Positions 54,342 to 63,224 of a stretch of DNA of 64,000 nt are shown piece after piece. Position 1 is the first letter of the stretch. Every line of letters begins with the position of its first letter. Source of the DNA: a virus; IMG/VR virus record IMGVR_UViG_3300047585_000133, positions 1 to 64,000 of that record. One strand, given 5' to 3'. The translations under genes and the position numbers were made by a program. The notes beneath the pieces are model-generated. The model was not told the DNA's origin. It saw only the letters and a program-made list of their open reading frames with translations, and made no database searches.

Positions 54342-55445
54342 ATGGCCGCGTACGCGCCCGCAGGACAGCCCGCCAATATCATCAACCACTTCGTTTTCGT
54401 GGTGGACGAGTCGTACTCGATGAAGCACCTGAAGGACACCACGATCCGGGTGTTCGACGCCTTCATCTCGCGGCTGGCCGCCAAGTCCAGGGCCAAGGAG
54501 CAGGAGACACGGGTCACCGTGTACTTCTTCAACTCCTACGGCACCGAGCGGTGCGTCATCTACGACATGGACGTGCTCCGCGTTCCCTCTCTCGCGGGAA
54601 TGTACCGCCCGGACGGCAACACCGCGCTGCTGCGCACTTTCCTGCTGGCCATCAGGGACCTGCGGGAGCTGCCGCAGAAGTACGGCGACCACTCGTTCGC
54701 CGTCTTCGGGTTCACCGACGGCCAGGAGAACGACAGCGCCCGGCCGCGTACCCACCAGGCGCAGTCGAAGGTGATCGCCGAGCTGCACCAGGCTATCCTT
54801 ACCGCTCCCGGCAACGAGACGTACGGCCTGTTCGTGCCCGACCAGGAAGGCGTCCACGACGCTAAGAGCTTCGGGTTCCCGGCCGGCAACATCAGTATCT
54901 GGAACCCGAACTCAGCTGAGGGCATCGAGGAAGTCGGCCGGCTGCTCGACGACGTGACCGAAGGCTACATGGAGGGCCGCAAGCACGGCGTGCGCGGCTA
55001 CAGTGCCAGTTCCAGCGCACGAGGCGGCGGCCTGTTCAGGATGCGGGACTTCACCGCCAGCGACGTCCAGCACTCGCTTACCCCGGTCACTCCCGGCAGC
55101 TTCTTCTACCTGGACGTCGAGCAGCAGCACCGCGACCCTGGGTCCGACGGTGCCCGGCTCGACTGGTTCGTCGAGAAGGAGACGAAGAAGCCGTTCCAGC
55201 GGGGACGCTACTACTACCAGTTCACCAAGAAGGAGAAGGTCCAGGGCTACAAGCAGGTTGCCATCGAGGTCGGCGACGTCCTGTACTCCGGGACGCTGGA
55301 CGAGACCCGGGAGCTGCTCGGCCTGCCGTCTGACCACGCCGTGGCGCTGAGCCCCGACCAGAAGCCGGGCGCCACTATCTTCATCCAGTCGACAAGTAAT
55401 AACAGGAAGCTGATGCCGGGGACGCGGCTGCTGGTGCTGCGGTAG
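54342..55445 (+). CDS. von Willebrand factor A domain protein
   Basis: MIDAS VVDESYSM, GNTAL and FTDGQENDS. Confidence 0.88.
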   Translation: MAAYAPAGQPANIINHFVFVVDESYSMKHLKDTTIRVFDAFISRLAAKSRAKEQETRVTVYFFNSYGTERCVIYDMDVLRVPSLAGMYRPDGNTALLRTFLLAIRDLRELPQKYGDHSFAVFGFTDGQENDSARPRTHQAQSKVIAELHQAILTAPGNETYGLFVPDQEGVHDAKSFGFPAGNISIWNPNSAEGIEEVGRLLDDVTEGYMEGRKHGVRGYSASSSARGGGLFRMRDFTASDVQHSLTPVTPGSFFYLDVEQQHRDPGSDGARLDWFVEKETKKPFQRGRYYYQFTKKEKVQGYKQVAIEVGDVLYSGTLDETRELLGLPSDHAVALSPDQKPGATIFIQSTSNNRKLMPGTRLLVLR

Positions 55446-55454
55446 CTTCTCTCC

Positions 55455-55646
55455 GTGCCGGAAAATCCTGCCCCCGAGGGCTACCGCGACGCCGGGAACC
55501 TGACGATCACCGTCAGGTTCCCGGCTGGCCCGTTCGTTATCCAGGGCCTGGTTCTGGAACACGAGGAATGCGGGCGGCTGGTAGCCCCGGACGGGGTCGG
55601 GAAGCACGAGCGGCTGCACCCGGAAGGCGGGAAGGAGGCAACATGA
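55455..55646 (+). CDS. Hypothetical protein
   Basis: Short ORF coupled to the next gene. Confidence 0.5.
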   Translation: MPENPAPEGYRDAGNLTITVRFPAGPFVIQGLVLEHEECGRLVAPDGVGKHERLHPEGGKEAT

Positions 55647-55915
55647 TCCAGGACAGCGACGCAAAGGTGCTCGCCTGCCTGCGCGAGCACGGGCCCGGCA
55701 CCATCACGGTGAAGCAGCTCGCGCAGATGACGGGCCTGCCCCGGATCACCGTCCGGACGTCGGTGGATACTCTCGACTTCGACGGCCTGATCTGCCTTCT
55801 GACTAACGGGCCGGAGACGACGTACATGATCCGCCACCTGCACGCGGATCCGGGAGAGTGCGGGCAGCCGCTGGGAATGACGGTCCAGGAGGTCCACCCG
55901 GACGGGCAGCGCTAG
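55643..55915 (+). CDS. Winged-HTH protein
   Basis: ITVKQLAQMTGLPRITVRTSVDTL..GLI; AGGAGG. Confidence 0.7.
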   Translation: MIQDSDAKVLACLREHGPGTITVKQLAQMTGLPRITVRTSVDTLDFDGLICLLTNGPETTYMIRHLHADPGECGQPLGMTVQEVHPDGQR

Positions 55916-55920
55916 CGGCA

Positions 55921-56115
55921 CTATTCCGGCAGGTCCGGCGAGAGAGGCTCCGCGCGGCCGTCCCGCATGTCGGCTTCGGCTTCCTCGACCAGCTTGCCGA
56001 GCTGCCCCGAGAAGCGCCGGACCTGGCCGGCCGCCTCCTGGACTTCGAACCTGACGGGCCCGTTCACGTAGGAGACGGTGACGACCTGGCCGCTGCGGGA
56101 TGCGGAGAATGGCAT
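55921..56115 (-). CDS. Hypothetical protein
   Basis: High-GC3 short ORF. Confidence 0.55.
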   Translation of the reverse strand: MPFSASRSGQVVTVSYVNGPVRFEVQEAAGQVRRFSGQLGKLVEEAEADMRDGRAEPLSPDLPE

Positions 56116-56196
56116 AGGACGAGGCTACTGCGTGATCTCGCCCAGGTCCCGGACAATCCTGGCGGCCTCGGCCAGGATGCGGTTCCCTCAGATCAG

Positions 56197-56742
56197 TCAG
56201 GCAGGGTCGTGCACGTCCGGCTCCTGCTTGACGTAGCGCCACCCCTCGGTCAGCGGCGGCCGGTCCGGGCCCTCGTAGCTGCTCTTCACCTCGTCGGCGC
56301 GGCCCTGGGCCGCCTCAGCCTCGTCGGCAGCCTCCTGTGCACGGATCTTAGCGTCGTCGGCCAGCCGCTGGGCGACATGAGGACGGGAGGCATCCTGGTA
56401 TTCGGCTTCCGCCTGCCGGCGGGCGTCCTCGGCTTCGGGCTGGTCGCGGGGGAGCCGGAACCCGTCCACGGCCTCGACGGCACTGAGGTCTACTCCGGCG
56501 GGGACAGCGGCGACCGGGGTATCCCGCTCGCGCTTCTCCTCCTCGGTGAGCGGGACGCCGTTCTCGTCCAGGTCCTCCTCCGGGACGGCCTCGTCCGAGG
56601 CCTCCGGGGACCGCGTGCCGTCGGCCGCGTGCACGGTGCCCTGTCCGGGCTCGTCCTTGATCCTGCCGGTCACTTCGCCGGTCACTTCGCCGGTTACCCG
56701 GCCGGTGACCTCGCGGTCGTCCTCGTCCCTGTTCCTGCTCAT
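56197..56742 (-). CDS. Acidic hypothetical protein
   Basis: N-terminal (E/R)VTG tandem repeats; RBS AGGA. Confidence 0.6.
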   Translation of the reverse strand: MSRNRDEDDREVTGRVTGEVTGEVTGRIKDEPGQGTVHAADGTRSPEASDEAVPEEDLDENGVPLTEEEKRERDTPVAAVPAGVDLSAVEAVDGFRLPRDQPEAEDARRQAEAEYQDASRPHVAQRLADDAKIRAQEAADEAEAAQGRADEVKSSYEGPDRPPLTEGWRYVKQEPDVHDPA

Positions 56743-56793
56743 ACGGTATTCCTTCCTCTTTTTATAGCCCTTTATGTTCTTCTGGCCGGAATG

Positions 56794-56871
56794 CTAAAGG
56801 ATTCCGAGCACGAACAGCACGATAAGTACGATAACGATCAGGAGGATCAGGCTCCACGGAAAATACGGCAT
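56794..56871 (-). CDS. 25-aa single-TM peptide
   Basis: Read by hand: MPYFPWSLILLIVIVLIVLFVLGIL. Confidence 0.55.
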   Translation of the reverse strand: MPYFPWSLILLIVIVLIVLFVLGIL

Positions 56872-56918
56872 GTGCTATGACTGCCCTTTAAGTAACAGCC
56901 TATTCACTGCCTTCTGAA

Positions 56919-57296
56919 TTACCAGGTCTTTTCGTCCAGCAGCCGGCTGCTGTCGATCGCTTTCAGCCGGGCGGCGAACTGGGCCGGGCGGCTGGCTTCC
57001 CGCAGGGTGTCCAGTTCCTCGCGGTACAGGACGACCAGAGAGCCGCTGTGCTGAGCGCGCCAGGCCGCCCGGTAGGGGCGCATCGCGGAGTCAGTCAGGT
57101 CGCTGCCGATCTCGACGTGCACGGTCAGGATCCTGGGGACGGCAACACGGAGCGCAGTCCACTGCCACGCAGGCATATCTCCTGCCGGCCGCGCTTCCAT
57201 GACGACGCGCAGGACAGGGACCTCGTGAAAATGGCACAGCCCGTAGAACAGGGCCTCCATCGGCGAGTCCAGCACGATCTCAGAGGATGCCTTCAC
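56919..57296 (-). CDS. Degenerate nuclease-fold protein, paralog of the 60419-61423 C-terminus
   Basis: EALFYGLC...AWRAQH.GSLVVLYREELDTLR. Confidence 0.6.
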   Translation of the reverse strand: MKASSEIVLDSPMEALFYGLCHFHEVPVLRVVMEARPAGDMPAWQWTALRVAVPRILTVHVEIGSDLTDSAMRPYRAAWRAQHSGSLVVLYREELDTLREASRPAQFAARLKAIDSSRLLDEKTW

Positions 57297-57496
57297 GCGA
57301 GCCACGACAGCGTGTCCTTCCTGGTAACGGTAAGCATGGATACCGCGTCCCACATCGGCCGGCACCCGCGCGGGTCGCCGGGATGCCCGGACAGACGGCC
57401 GCCGTCGTCGTGAATCCACCAGCCCGGGTTCGGCATCCAGCCCAGCTTCCGGCGGTGCGCCGTGCAGTAGAAGACAGGCAGCTCGGTCTCTTTCAC
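57293..57496 (-). CDS. Hypothetical protein
   Basis: GTGA-coupled ORF. Confidence 0.5.
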   Translation of the reverse strand: MKETELPVFYCTAHRRKLGWMPNPGWWIHDDGGRLSGHPGDPRGCRPMWDAVSMLTVTRKDTLSWLA

Positions 57497-57762
57497 TGCT
57501 CCTCCGGGTACAGGTGGCCGTAGGCGGCGATCATGTCGCGGGCATGCATGAGCTTCTCAGACCTGTAACTCGGCTGCTGGTAAGCGATCCCCGGCGGCGG
57601 CCCGCTGGCGATCAGGTCTTCCTCGAACTCGGTCCGGACCTCCCGGCAGTGGACGATGAGGCACCTCATGCACAGCGGGGTGTCCGGGTCGCAGTCCATG
57701 CAGACGTCGCAGGCCTGGTACCCAGAGTCGGCGTTCCCGCACCGGCTGCACGGCGATGTCAT
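57493..57762 (-). CDS. B-box-like Zn-finger protein
   Basis: CxxC, CDVCMDC and LCMRCLIVH. Confidence 0.6.
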   Translation of the reverse strand: MTSPCSRCGNADSGYQACDVCMDCDPDTPLCMRCLIVHCREVRTEFEEDLIASGPPPGIAYQQPSYRSEKLMHARDMIAAYGHLYPEEQ

Positions 57763-57764
57763 AA

Positions 57765-58298
57765 TCAGCTGCCTCCTTCGTCATCCTGGAACCGGAAACC
57801 GAGCGCGTGCGAGTGACCGCGCAGCAGCTCCCGGACCATGGTGGTGAACTCCGGGTCGCCGGAGACCCTGGCGGTCATCTCGGCGACGATCTCGTTGAGG
57901 CTGGCCAGGTTGGCGGCGACGGCGTCCAGGCGGGTGCTATCGGCAGCTTTGTCGTCGGCTCCGAACGGAGACCAGGCCGGGAATCCGGGCAAGTGACCGC
58001 TGAGAGACTCTGCCCCGAACTCGACGGTGATGATGTCGCCGGGGTCTACGGTCGTCAGCTCGATGGAGGCCCGCAGGACATATCCGGTGTCCTGGTTGAT
58101 CACGGCGACGCGGTGCACGGTCCTGCGCGGCGAGGTTACCGGATAGGGAATGTCGACCTTGAGCTTGCCGGCGGTCGCCGGGGGAGGAAAAGGCACGTCG
58201 GGTACTTCCACGGTGACGCGGTCAGTGGTGAACAGCCGGGCCGTCAGCCGGGGCGCCTTGGTCTCTAGTGCGGGACGGCGGTTGATCTCGGTGCCCAT
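57765..58298 (-). CDS. Hypothetical protein
   Basis: High-GC3 ORF in the operon. Confidence 0.6.
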   Translation of the reverse strand: MGTEINRRPALETKAPRLTARLFTTDRVTVEVPDVPFPPPATAGKLKVDIPYPVTSPRRTVHRVAVINQDTGYVLRASIELTTVDPGDIITVEFGAESLSGHLPGFPAWSPFGADDKAADSTRLDAVAANLASLNEIVAEMTARVSGDPEFTTMVRELLRGHSHALGFRFQDDEGGS

Positions 58299-58299
58299 G

Positions 58300-58503
58300 T
58301 CAGCAGCTCCCGAAGAAGAACGAAGTGAATCCCAGGCCGGACTCGTCCGGGGTGAAGTGCAGTTCTTCCAGCCGGACCAGGTCCTGCGGCGAGACGAGGT
58401 CCGGGCTGACGTCCACGTAGAGCAGGTCGTGCGTGCAGTTGGTGGGAATCTCAGGGTTGGCGTACTTGCGCATGATGACCAGCGCTTCGATCAGAGCATC
58501 CAT
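58300..58503 (-). CDS. Conserved small phage protein
   Basis: LIEALVIMRKY..PTNCTHD.L..VSP.DL.RL.EL.F...SFFFGSC. Confidence 0.7.
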   Translation of the reverse strand: MDALIEALVIMRKYANPEIPTNCTHDLLYVDVSPDLVSPQDLVRLEELHFTPDESGLGFTSFFFGSC

Positions 58504-58504
58504 G

Positions 58505-58714
58505 TCAGTGCACTCCCGGCCAGGAAAAGGTGTGCCCGTCCTGGATGAAGTGCAGCTTCGCCAGCCGGGTCAGGTTTTCCGGCGTGACGACCGTCGGGTC
58601 TACCTCGACGCAGAGGACGTCCTCTCCGGTGTATACGTCGTGAGCGGGATACGCGCAGGTACCAGGCTGCGCGTACCAGTGCAGAATCATCAGTCCCTCG
58701 ATCAGTTCTTCCAT
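58505..58714 (-). CDS. Paralog of 58300-58503
   Basis: LIEGLMIL..Y...HD...VDP..VTPENL.RL..LHF. Confidence 0.65.
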   Translation of the reverse strand: MEELIEGLMILHWYAQPGTCAYPAHDVYTGEDVLCVEVDPTVVTPENLTRLAKLHFIQDGHTFSWPGVH

Positions 58715-58715
58715 G

Positions 58716-58880
58716 TCAGTGTTCTCCTGGCACTTCGGTGTCCAGATTGACGGTGACCGCGATTATGCTGTCGCACAGCAGCACGCGCAGGATGCCTTCC
58801 GCGTCGGTTGCCCCGCATTTCACGCCGTACGCGGCCAGCTTCTCTGCCAGCGATGCGATCTCCTGTGCTAGTTCGCTCAT
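58716..58880 (-). CDS. Hypothetical protein (54 aa, leaderless)
   Basis: Read by hand: MSELAQEIASLAEKLAAYGV...; TAAGAT 6 nt upstream. Confidence 0.55.
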   Translation of the reverse strand: MSELAQEIASLAEKLAAYGVKCGATDAEGILRVLLCDSIIAVTVNLDTEVPGEH

Positions 58881-58918
58881 GGATGCATCTTATCAAGAAA
58901 AGCCGTAATGTATAGCCT

Positions 58919-59302
58919 ATGAGACGCACCGTCAGCGCAGCCAAGGTCCAGTGGGAAGTCCAGGACCTCCGCGAGCAGCTCGTCATCGCTCAGGCCGAGC
59001 TGGTCAAGACAGAACGGGTCATCCGCGAGATCGTGCGGCACCCGCGCAACAGGGCCGGGGTCTTCGGAGCAGGGGACGCTCCTCTCTACACCGACCCGGC
59101 CAGGGCGGTAGACGCACTGCGCGAAATGGGCCGGCTCGCCTACCTGGTCTACCCGGGCCGGAAGAACCGGATTAAGCCGGGAGTGCTGCTGCGCCAGTAC
59201 GAGGGCAGGATCACGGCAGTAGTGAGCCTGGAGGGCCGGCTGGAAGCACTGGAGGCCGCGCTGCGCGAGGCCGGGGTGAACCTGGACGTACTGCCCGGGT
59301 AG
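58919..59302 (+). CDS. Hypothetical protein
   Basis: High GC3; coiled-coil segments. Confidence 0.6.
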   Translation: MRRTVSAAKVQWEVQDLREQLVIAQAELVKTERVIREIVRHPRNRAGVFGAGDAPLYTDPARAVDALREMGRLAYLVYPGRKNRIKPGVLLRQYEGRITAVVSLEGRLEALEAALREAGVNLDVLPG

Positions 59303-59342
59303 TTCTAGCCCTGCTTCCGGCCGGTCTTCATGAGCCCCTCCC

Positions 59343-59585
59343 TCAGGCGTATGCGATCCAAGCGGCCATCGGCGCGGTACCTGGCTCCGGGCCGTACCAG
59401 ACGACGATCCGGATGTTCGTGACCGGGCCAGTCTGGATGCCCTCTTCCAGGCAGTTGCCCAGGACGGCGTTCGCGAACTCCTCGGGGTCGTCGTCATAGT
59501 CGTCGTTCGTGCCGGTCATGTCGTCGACAGGCACCCAGGTCTGGTCGTCGTCGGTGGCCTCGACTGCGTAGGTGAAGGTCGTCAC
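59343..59585 (-). CDS. Hypothetical protein (leaderless)
   Basis: TAGACA-16 nt-TAAGCT promoter 7 nt upstream of GTG. Confidence 0.65.
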   Translation of the reverse strand: MTTFTYAVEATDDDQTWVPVDDMTGTNDDYDDDPEEFANAVLGNCLEEGIQTGPVTNIRIVVWYGPEPGTAPMAAWIAYA

Positions 59586-59629
59586 GAGAAGCAGCTTATC
59601 AAGGAAAGCTGTATTGTCTAGCGCCAGGT

Positions 59630-60097
59630 CTAGAACTGCTCAGGGTCGTAGATAACATCCGGGTGAAAAGGGATCTTGCGGCCTGTCACCACCGGGTCAC
59701 CGGAGTAGTCCACGGGCGGCTCCGGCGGCATCCTCCCGCCGAGCATCAGCACCTCCTCGGTGACGATCACCAGCCGCCAGCCGTCCTTGTCCAGGTCCGG
59801 GTTCACCTTCACCGGGACGGGGAACCAGTCCCCCGCCGTGGTCTCCCAGCCGGAGCGCTCCCACAAGTCAGCATCCATGTGCAGCAGGTGGCGTACCGCA
59901 GGGTGCATCTCCAGGCGCAGCCCGTCCGGCAGCCGCTGGCCTGGCATCCAGTGCTCGTGCACGTACTCGTTGACGCTGGTGACCAGGTGACGGACCAGCT
60001 GCTGCTCTTTCCTCCAGCCGGGGCAGTCGTGGCCGGTGGACCCCTGGTGGGCAGGATGGGGTTCTTCGTTGCCGCAGCGCGGCCAGGGGATGCTCAC
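59630..60097 (-). CDS. Hypothetical protein
   Basis: C....PHPAH....CPG motif. Confidence 0.6.
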   Translation of the reverse strand: MSIPWPRCGNEEPHPAHQGSTGHDCPGWRKEQQLVRHLVTSVNEYVHEHWMPGQRLPDGLRLEMHPAVRHLLHMDADLWERSGWETTAGDWFPVPVKVNPDLDKDGWRLVIVTEEVLMLGGRMPPEPPVDYSGDPVVTGRKIPFHPDVIYDPEQF

Positions 60098-60330
60098 TGA
60101 CCCGGATCCCGCAGCACTAGCCGGCCTTGCATGGCCAGTCTGACCAGCACGTCTTCCCAGTCAGTGCCGCCGATCACCTCGACTCCGAGGACCTGGCCGT
60201 CTGAATCCACGTCGATCATCTCGGAGTCGCTTACCTCAAAGGTCCGGGCCACCTTGCCTTCGCGCAGCTTCGCGTAGCAGGCGTTCACCTGGGGGTCGTG
60301 CCTGAATTCAAGTACCTTCGCTTCGCCCAT
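60094..60330 (-). CDS. DUF2283 domain protein
   Basis: DPQVNACYAKL..GKVART.EV..IDVDSDGQVLGVEV. Confidence 0.8.
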   Translation of the reverse strand: MGEAKVLEFRHDPQVNACYAKLREGKVARTFEVSDSEMIDVDSDGQVLGVEVIGGTDWEDVLVRLAMQGRLVLRDPGQ

Positions 60331-60418
60331 GACAGCAGGCTAACGGACCGGGCAGGGCCTCCCCAGGCTCTTGGTCACTCGGGAGACCGTGCCTTACTGC
60401 ACCGGCCGGAGTACCAGG

Positions 60419-61423
60419 TCACCGGAGAAGAGAAGAACCGCTTGTCGCCCGGTAGCGCAGCATCGCCCAGAACTGGTCGGCCGACGGTGCCGTCCGCAAG
60501 GTCTGGAGATCCTCCTCGAAGAGCACGGCCAGCAGGCCGCGCTGGACTCGCCAGGCTGTGTGCTTCGGCTCAGTGTCTTCTTTCACCCAGTGGTCGCCTT
60601 TGGTCTCTACGGCGATCACTTCTCCGCGCCACTCGCAGATAAAATCAGGCGCGTAGGAACCGCGATCACCCCAGGGAATCTGCTCATCGCCCTCCGGGCG
60701 GCGGCAGCCGATCTCCATCAGGTAGCAGAGTCCCTTGAAGGCTGATTCGAGTCCGTTGAGCTGCTCGTTCGGCCGGGTGTGCTCCTGCGAGCACTTGTCG
60801 GAGCAGTAGCGGCGGTGACCCTGGGATTTCGGGTAGGTGAACTGCCGACCCTCGCGCGGGCAGCCAGGGTTCTGGCATACAGCGATGAGGGTATTGGCGG
60901 GGTCGGCCTGCCGCCTGAGCGCATACTTCTCACGGCACTCGTCAGAGTGGTACTTCTTCGGGTAAGGACTGTAGAAGACCTCGCCGCACGGGCAGGTGGT
61001 CATCTTCCGCTTGTCGGCCCAACGGTCCTTGTTGTCTACGGACCGGGCGCACGTCAGTCCACAGAACCGCTGCGGAGAGTTGACCGGGGCCTCGAATATC
61101 TCCTCGCACGCCGGGTTCTCGCATGACCTCGCCTCGCGAGCGATAACCCGCTTGCGTCCGCCGTGCTGGCCGCCGGAGCCGATCCGGTTTCGCTGGCTTG
61201 CTGCGATCCGCTCGTTGATCTCCCGCTGGTAGTCCTCGCTGCGCCCGGCGTTCGGGTTCCTCGGCCGGGCGGCCAGTTCGATTCCCTCTTCACCGAGCCA
61301 CCGGGAGAGAGTCTGGACGCTGGGACCCAGAAGCTGGCTGATCTCGCTGAGCGACTTCAAGTTCTCGATGTAGAGACGCTTGACCTCGTCGATGTACTGG
61401 CTTTTCTTAGATGTTCTAGACAT
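60419..61423 (-). CDS. Putative homing endonuclease (HTH, Zn fingers, PD-(D/E)xK)
   Basis: N-terminal HTH; repeated C...C...(F/Y)CS..C units; YAPDF...AVETKG; free-standing after the capsid gene. Confidence 0.75.
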   Translation of the reverse strand: MSRTSKKSQYIDEVKRLYIENLKSLSEISQLLGPSVQTLSRWLGEEGIELAARPRNPNAGRSEDYQREINERIAASQRNRIGSGGQHGGRKRVIAREARSCENPACEEIFEAPVNSPQRFCGLTCARSVDNKDRWADKRKMTTCPCGEVFYSPYPKKYHSDECREKYALRRQADPANTLIAVCQNPGCPREGRQFTYPKSQGHRRYCSDKCSQEHTRPNEQLNGLESAFKGLCYLMEIGCRRPEGDEQIPWGDRGSYAPDFICEWRGEVIAVETKGDHWVKEDTEPKHTAWRVQRGLLAVLFEEDLQTLRTAPSADQFWAMLRYRATSGSSLLR

Positions 61424-61516
61424 GAAACACTCACCTCCTCCGTCATCGTATCGGAAGAAGTGAGTGTTATGCAAGCTTGCTAGTCAAGATACACTTAAGT
61501 CATGACTAGCTAAGAC

Positions 61517-62542
61517 TCAGCTTTTCGTGATCGACGCCAGCCCTCTTGGATTGAGCACCGACATAGCGATCATTTCATCGAAGACCCAGCCCTTCCAGAA
61601 CGCCTCGACGTTGTGGTTCTCTTCGACATCCAGGCTGTAAAGAATCGGGAAAACTCCGAGGAAGTTGGGTTCGGGAGCCAGGAAGATCTTCGCCTGGGGC
61701 ACGATGATGGACCGCTGGATCTGGAACTCGCCGAAGGACGTGATGGTCTCGCCGGCGACCACCCGGTCCTTGAACGCCCATCCGGTTTGGTTTATATCCC
61801 ACCGGAACATGTCCCGGTAGTCGAACGGGTTGATCAGGATGCGGGCCGACGGCAGCTCGTGCAGGTCGGTCATGGCGACCGCGCTGTACAGCGAGCCGGG
61901 GGTCAGGTACCCCGACGCCTCGGTGATGTTGTGGTTGGGCGTGACCACGTGGTCCGGGCGGGTGGCGTAGTCGGTGATCGCCGCCTGAAGCAGGACCAGC
62001 AGCCGGGCGTCCTCCTGCTTGAGGATGGCCTGCTTGGTCTCGTCCTGGGCCTGCTCGACGGCGTTGATCCGCAGGTAGAACAGGTCTTCCTTGCGGATGG
62101 CCGGGCGCGACGCGATCCGGAAGAACCGGACCGGGATCCGCTTGCCCTCGAACGGGGTGACCCGGACTTCGCCTTCAGTCCCGGACAGGATGTAGGCCTG
62201 GCCGAGGTCGTCCCAGACGTCGTACTCCACCGGGGTACCGGGGGTGACCGGGTCCTCCACCAGGACGTTGCGGACGATGCCCTGGTACCGGAGCTTCAGC
62301 TGGATCGGCCCGACCATGCCGACACCCAGGCGCCGGAAGCCGTGCATCTCGTCGGAGAGGATCAGGGCCATCTTCCGGACCTTGGCCTCCCTCGTAAGAG
62401 AGACGCCGTTGGTCCGTGCCCGCCGGGCCTCGATCTGGGCGATGTAGTCGTCGGACTTCCGCGAGGCCACGCGGGGCCGCAGGCCGCCGCCCGGAGCCAG
62501 CGCCAGCTGCCCGCCGGCCGAAGTGGTCGCCAGCTCGTTCAT
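61517..62542 (-). CDS. Major capsid protein
   Basis: GMVGPIQLKLRYQGIVRNVLVED, EQAQDETKQAILKQED and MSVLNPRGL, as recalled for cluster C-like actinophage capsids. Confidence 0.9.
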   Translation of the reverse strand: MNELATTSAGGQLALAPGGGLRPRVASRKSDDYIAQIEARRARTNGVSLTREAKVRKMALILSDEMHGFRRLGVGMVGPIQLKLRYQGIVRNVLVEDPVTPGTPVEYDVWDDLGQAYILSGTEGEVRVTPFEGKRIPVRFFRIASRPAIRKEDLFYLRINAVEQAQDETKQAILKQEDARLLVLLQAAITDYATRPDHVVTPNHNITEASGYLTPGSLYSAVAMTDLHELPSARILINPFDYRDMFRWDINQTGWAFKDRVVAGETITSFGEFQIQRSIIVPQAKIFLAPEPNFLGVFPILYSLDVEENHNVEAFWKGWVFDEMIAMSVLNPRGLASITKS

Positions 62543-62594
62543 GGGTTCCCTTTCCTGCGTTCCCGCGTGTTTTCTGTTTCTCGCTGCCCGGTCG

Positions 62595-63224
62595 TCAGAC
62601 CTTGGCCGCAGTCAGGTTGCCGGCGGTGCCGGAGGTGAAGGCGGGCAGGCCGCCGATGGTGAGCTTGGTGCTGGAGTTGACCTTCAGCAGCCGGGCCACC
62701 GGGGAGGAGATCGTGACGCTCGACGACCAGGGGACGAGCATCCCCTGGTTGGAGGTCGCCGTGGACACCCCGACCAGCTCCGAGCCGGAACCGTCCGTCG
62801 GGTCCGTCCACGTCTGGGTGGCGTCGAACGCGGGAGCCAGGATCTCGAACTCCGAGTCGGGGCCCAGCACCCACACCGCGAAGGCGTTGATGCCCGCGTA
62901 GAGCAGCTCGTCGATGCCGTCGCCGCCGACGTACAGCGCACCGAGGCCGTAGACCGGCTGGACGCCCGCTGTCGCCAGGGTGGTGCCGGCGTTGCCCGAG
63001 TAGGCGGTGCCGGTCATCGTCTTGGAGCCCATCTGGGTGGTGTTCGCGCCCACCGGGGCCACCAGGTCGCCGCCGGTCCGCATGTAGCCCATCCCGGGCC
63101 ACAGCGGGATCGCACGGGTCCAGGCCGGGTCGAGGAAGCACGACTTGGGCGTGGCCTGGGTCCAGGAATAGAGCGGGCGAATTGTCCTTTTGACGTAATC
63201 ATTTGAAAGGTACGTTCTGATCAT
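62595..63224 (-). CDS. Capsid decoration protein
   Basis: KRTIRPLYSWTQATP and GINAFAVWVLGPDSEFEILAPAF; directly upstream of the capsid gene. Confidence 0.8.
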   Translation of the reverse strand: MIRTYLSNDYVKRTIRPLYSWTQATPKSCFLDPAWTRAIPLWPGMGYMRTGGDLVAPVGANTTQMGSKTMTGTAYSGNAGTTLATAGVQPVYGLGALYVGGDGIDELLYAGINAFAVWVLGPDSEFEILAPAFDATQTWTDPTDGSGSELVGVSTATSNQGMLVPWSSSVTISSPVARLLKVNSSTKLTIGGLPAFTSGTAGNLTAAKV

